DNA of 64,000 nucleotides from Vermamoeba vermiformis (Eukaryota): NCBI GenBank assembly GCA_045837725.1, contig JBEWZL010000102.1, positions 310,001 to 374,000 of the forward strand, read 5' to 3'. Shown piece by piece: positions 62,369 to 64,000 of this stretch (position 1 is its first letter; each line of letters starts with the position of its first letter). The notes under the pieces were generated by a model. It saw only the letters and a program-made list of their open reading frames with translations, ran no database searches and was not told where the DNA came from. The position numbers and the translations under genes were made by a program.

Positions 62369-63323
62369 TTACAATGCAGACAGATCCAAGGCTTCAATGT
62401 CACGCTGCGCTTGTCTCCTTCGTTGCTTTTTGTCCACGACGCCCATACATGTTTCGCAGCTGCATCGGTAGCTCCACGAAGTGGGATATTGTTCCAAGTG
62501 GTAATTTGTCTTAGGATTGTGTCGTTGAACGAGAACGATCTTTGAGCTTTCCTTTGGTTCGTCATCTGAATCTGAATCTGCTCCAGACGAATCTCGTGAT
62601 TGAGATTTAGCATTTTGTTCGGTTGTAATGTTGTTATTATTGTTATTTTCGGCATTAGCGTAGCCTTTAACGCCTTTCTTGCCCTGCTTTCGTTTTTGTT
62701 TGACGAAGTGTCCTTTTCTATTAGTACCGCTAACATACTCAGGTTCGTTATTATTGCTGTCGTCGTCTGTTTCTGTGACTTTGTTTGTGCCGTAGATTCG
62801 GTGATAAATCTCCACTCGTTGGGCTGTTTTATTCAATCGAGGGTCGAATTCCACATCCACAACGCGACCATAATCAACTTGGATATCTTGATTATAGTAT
62901 TAGTATTTGTGGTTGGTAAGTTGATATATTTTAGCAATCATAAAGCATAATTCGAAGGTTGGCAGTTTTTGCATTTTGGTAAAATTTGAATTTCTTAAGT
63001 TCAATATCGACGATAAAAGTTGTTGTTAAATATTTGTGGATGTATATCGACTTACCATCTTGTGAAGACCTTAAATGATTTTTATCTAATAAATCCCAAT
63101 TTTTGTTGGCATTCAAACTGATCCCCACGCCAAGTTCCAAGCCATTGTATCTACTCGCCTCTTGGTCGTTCGTATCAATTATTGATATTGATTCTTTTTC
63201 TAGACGCTTTCTTGTAACGCCCCAATCGAACTTGAGTGTCTTATTTGTTTTGACACCAAATCTGCCTTTTGTTTCTCGTGAATTGTTTTGTTTGCGATGT
63301 AAATCTATTTCCTCGTGCTCCAT
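62369..63323 (-). CDS. Hypothetical protein with C-terminal CxCxxC motif, 2 exons
   Basis: Phase-1 intron (GATG|gtaagt ... tcaag|ATATCC) joins the two ORFs in frame; ends WSYRCSCETCMGVVDKKQRRRQAQRDIEALDLSAL*. Confidence 0.55.
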
Positions 63324-63562
63324 GGTTGCTTAGTGCGTAATCAGACGGGTACTGAAAGTCACTCCACAAAACTTAAATGGATTTTCTGGACTGGTGACGA
63401 ACGTCAACGCCCATTGATGAAAAACCGCTGCAATACCTATATATAGCACATAATCAGCTATACATACGCAGCGTTATGCCATATGGACTTCGGTTTAGTT
63501 ATTACGAAAAAAATGAGTTAGATCATCGACCTGCAAACAAGACTTTCTACGTGTATTACTAA

Positions 63563-63982
63563 CTACACGTACTTCTTGTCAATATTACGGACGTCTCTCT
63601 TTAATAGCCACCAGCCAATGTGGACACAAGGAAATTTTGTAACGAAAGTCGGATCCTTTTCGAGTTTAAAATTGTTAAGGTTCTGAGCCAATTGGGATTT
63701 CGAGATGCATAAATCGCCTCTGAATAAGTCTTGATATTGTTCTGGAAGATTTTTATATCTGTCGCTGTTCATATTGATGGTATCACTCTCATACATCGCG
63801 GACGTTCCAAAATAAAATGAAACAGGGCCTCCGTACACAAAGAGGCGCTTATTGTGGACACCGTTTGTGTTGTACATTCGAACTCGCCACACATCTTCAA
63901 TGAATAATTCTGAAGCGTTTTCATCCACGCAGTAATCCGATCCTTTTTTTTCTCTATTTCTTTTGTATAGTTTGCTAGCCAT
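63563..63982 (-). CDS. Intronless 139-aa hypothetical protein (unknown family, paralog at 58139)
   Basis: Complete ORF; coding status supported by protein-level similarity to the second copy. Confidence 0.7.
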   Translation of the reverse strand: MASKLYKRNREKKGSDYCVDENASELFIEDVWRVRMYNTNGVHNKRLFVYGGPVSFYFGTSAMYESDTINMNSDRYKNLPEQYQDLFRGDLCISKSQLAQNLNNFKLEKDPTFVTKFPCVHIGWWLLKRDVRNIDKKYV

Positions 63983-64000
63983 AGCGACCTATTTATCGTT

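Noticed and set aside
1-64000. tRNA, rRNA, snRNA, snoRNA, CRISPR or prokaryotic operon features
   Set aside because: GTTCGA and TGATGA hits inspected lack cloverleaf or C/D context; no spaced repeat arrays; the sequence is spliceosomal-intron eukaryotic DNA. A covariance-model scan would be needed to exclude small RNAs.

Overview
Compact, intron-rich eukaryotic genomic DNA of roughly 40% GC by eye, with GT-AG introns (mostly 45-60 nt, longer and AT-rich near gene 5' ends) and the standard genetic code. Gene style and the CulA-like cullin suggest an amoebozoan protist (inference). About 25 gene models can be built by hand. Conserved genes are RIC1, cullin-1, an AAE17/18-type peroxisomal acyl-activating enzyme, DUR3, an SDR, a ferric reductase/NOX-family protein, a CNNM/DUF21-CBS protein, DRAP1/NC2-alpha, a class II aldolase/adducin, a PH protein, SARNP/Tho1, a BAH+DUF4211 protein and a myristoylated EF-hand protein. 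An accessory right-hand region (about 51-64 kb) holds a 650-bp duplication, decayed genes, a CYP51 fragment, a head-to-head pair of secreted paralogs, two copies of an unknown small-protein family and a bacterial-type GPI-anchored beta-helix enzyme. The most striking items are a 127-aa gene that looks like only the hydrophobic hairpin of a XaxA/Cry6/ClyA-type alpha pore-forming toxin, the likely horizontally acquired beta-helix enzyme, a non-cleavable K48R/G76Q ubiquitin fusion and the BAH-DUF4211 architecture. No tRNA, rRNA, CRISPR array or transposase was recognised. Family assignments come from motif recognition, not database searches.
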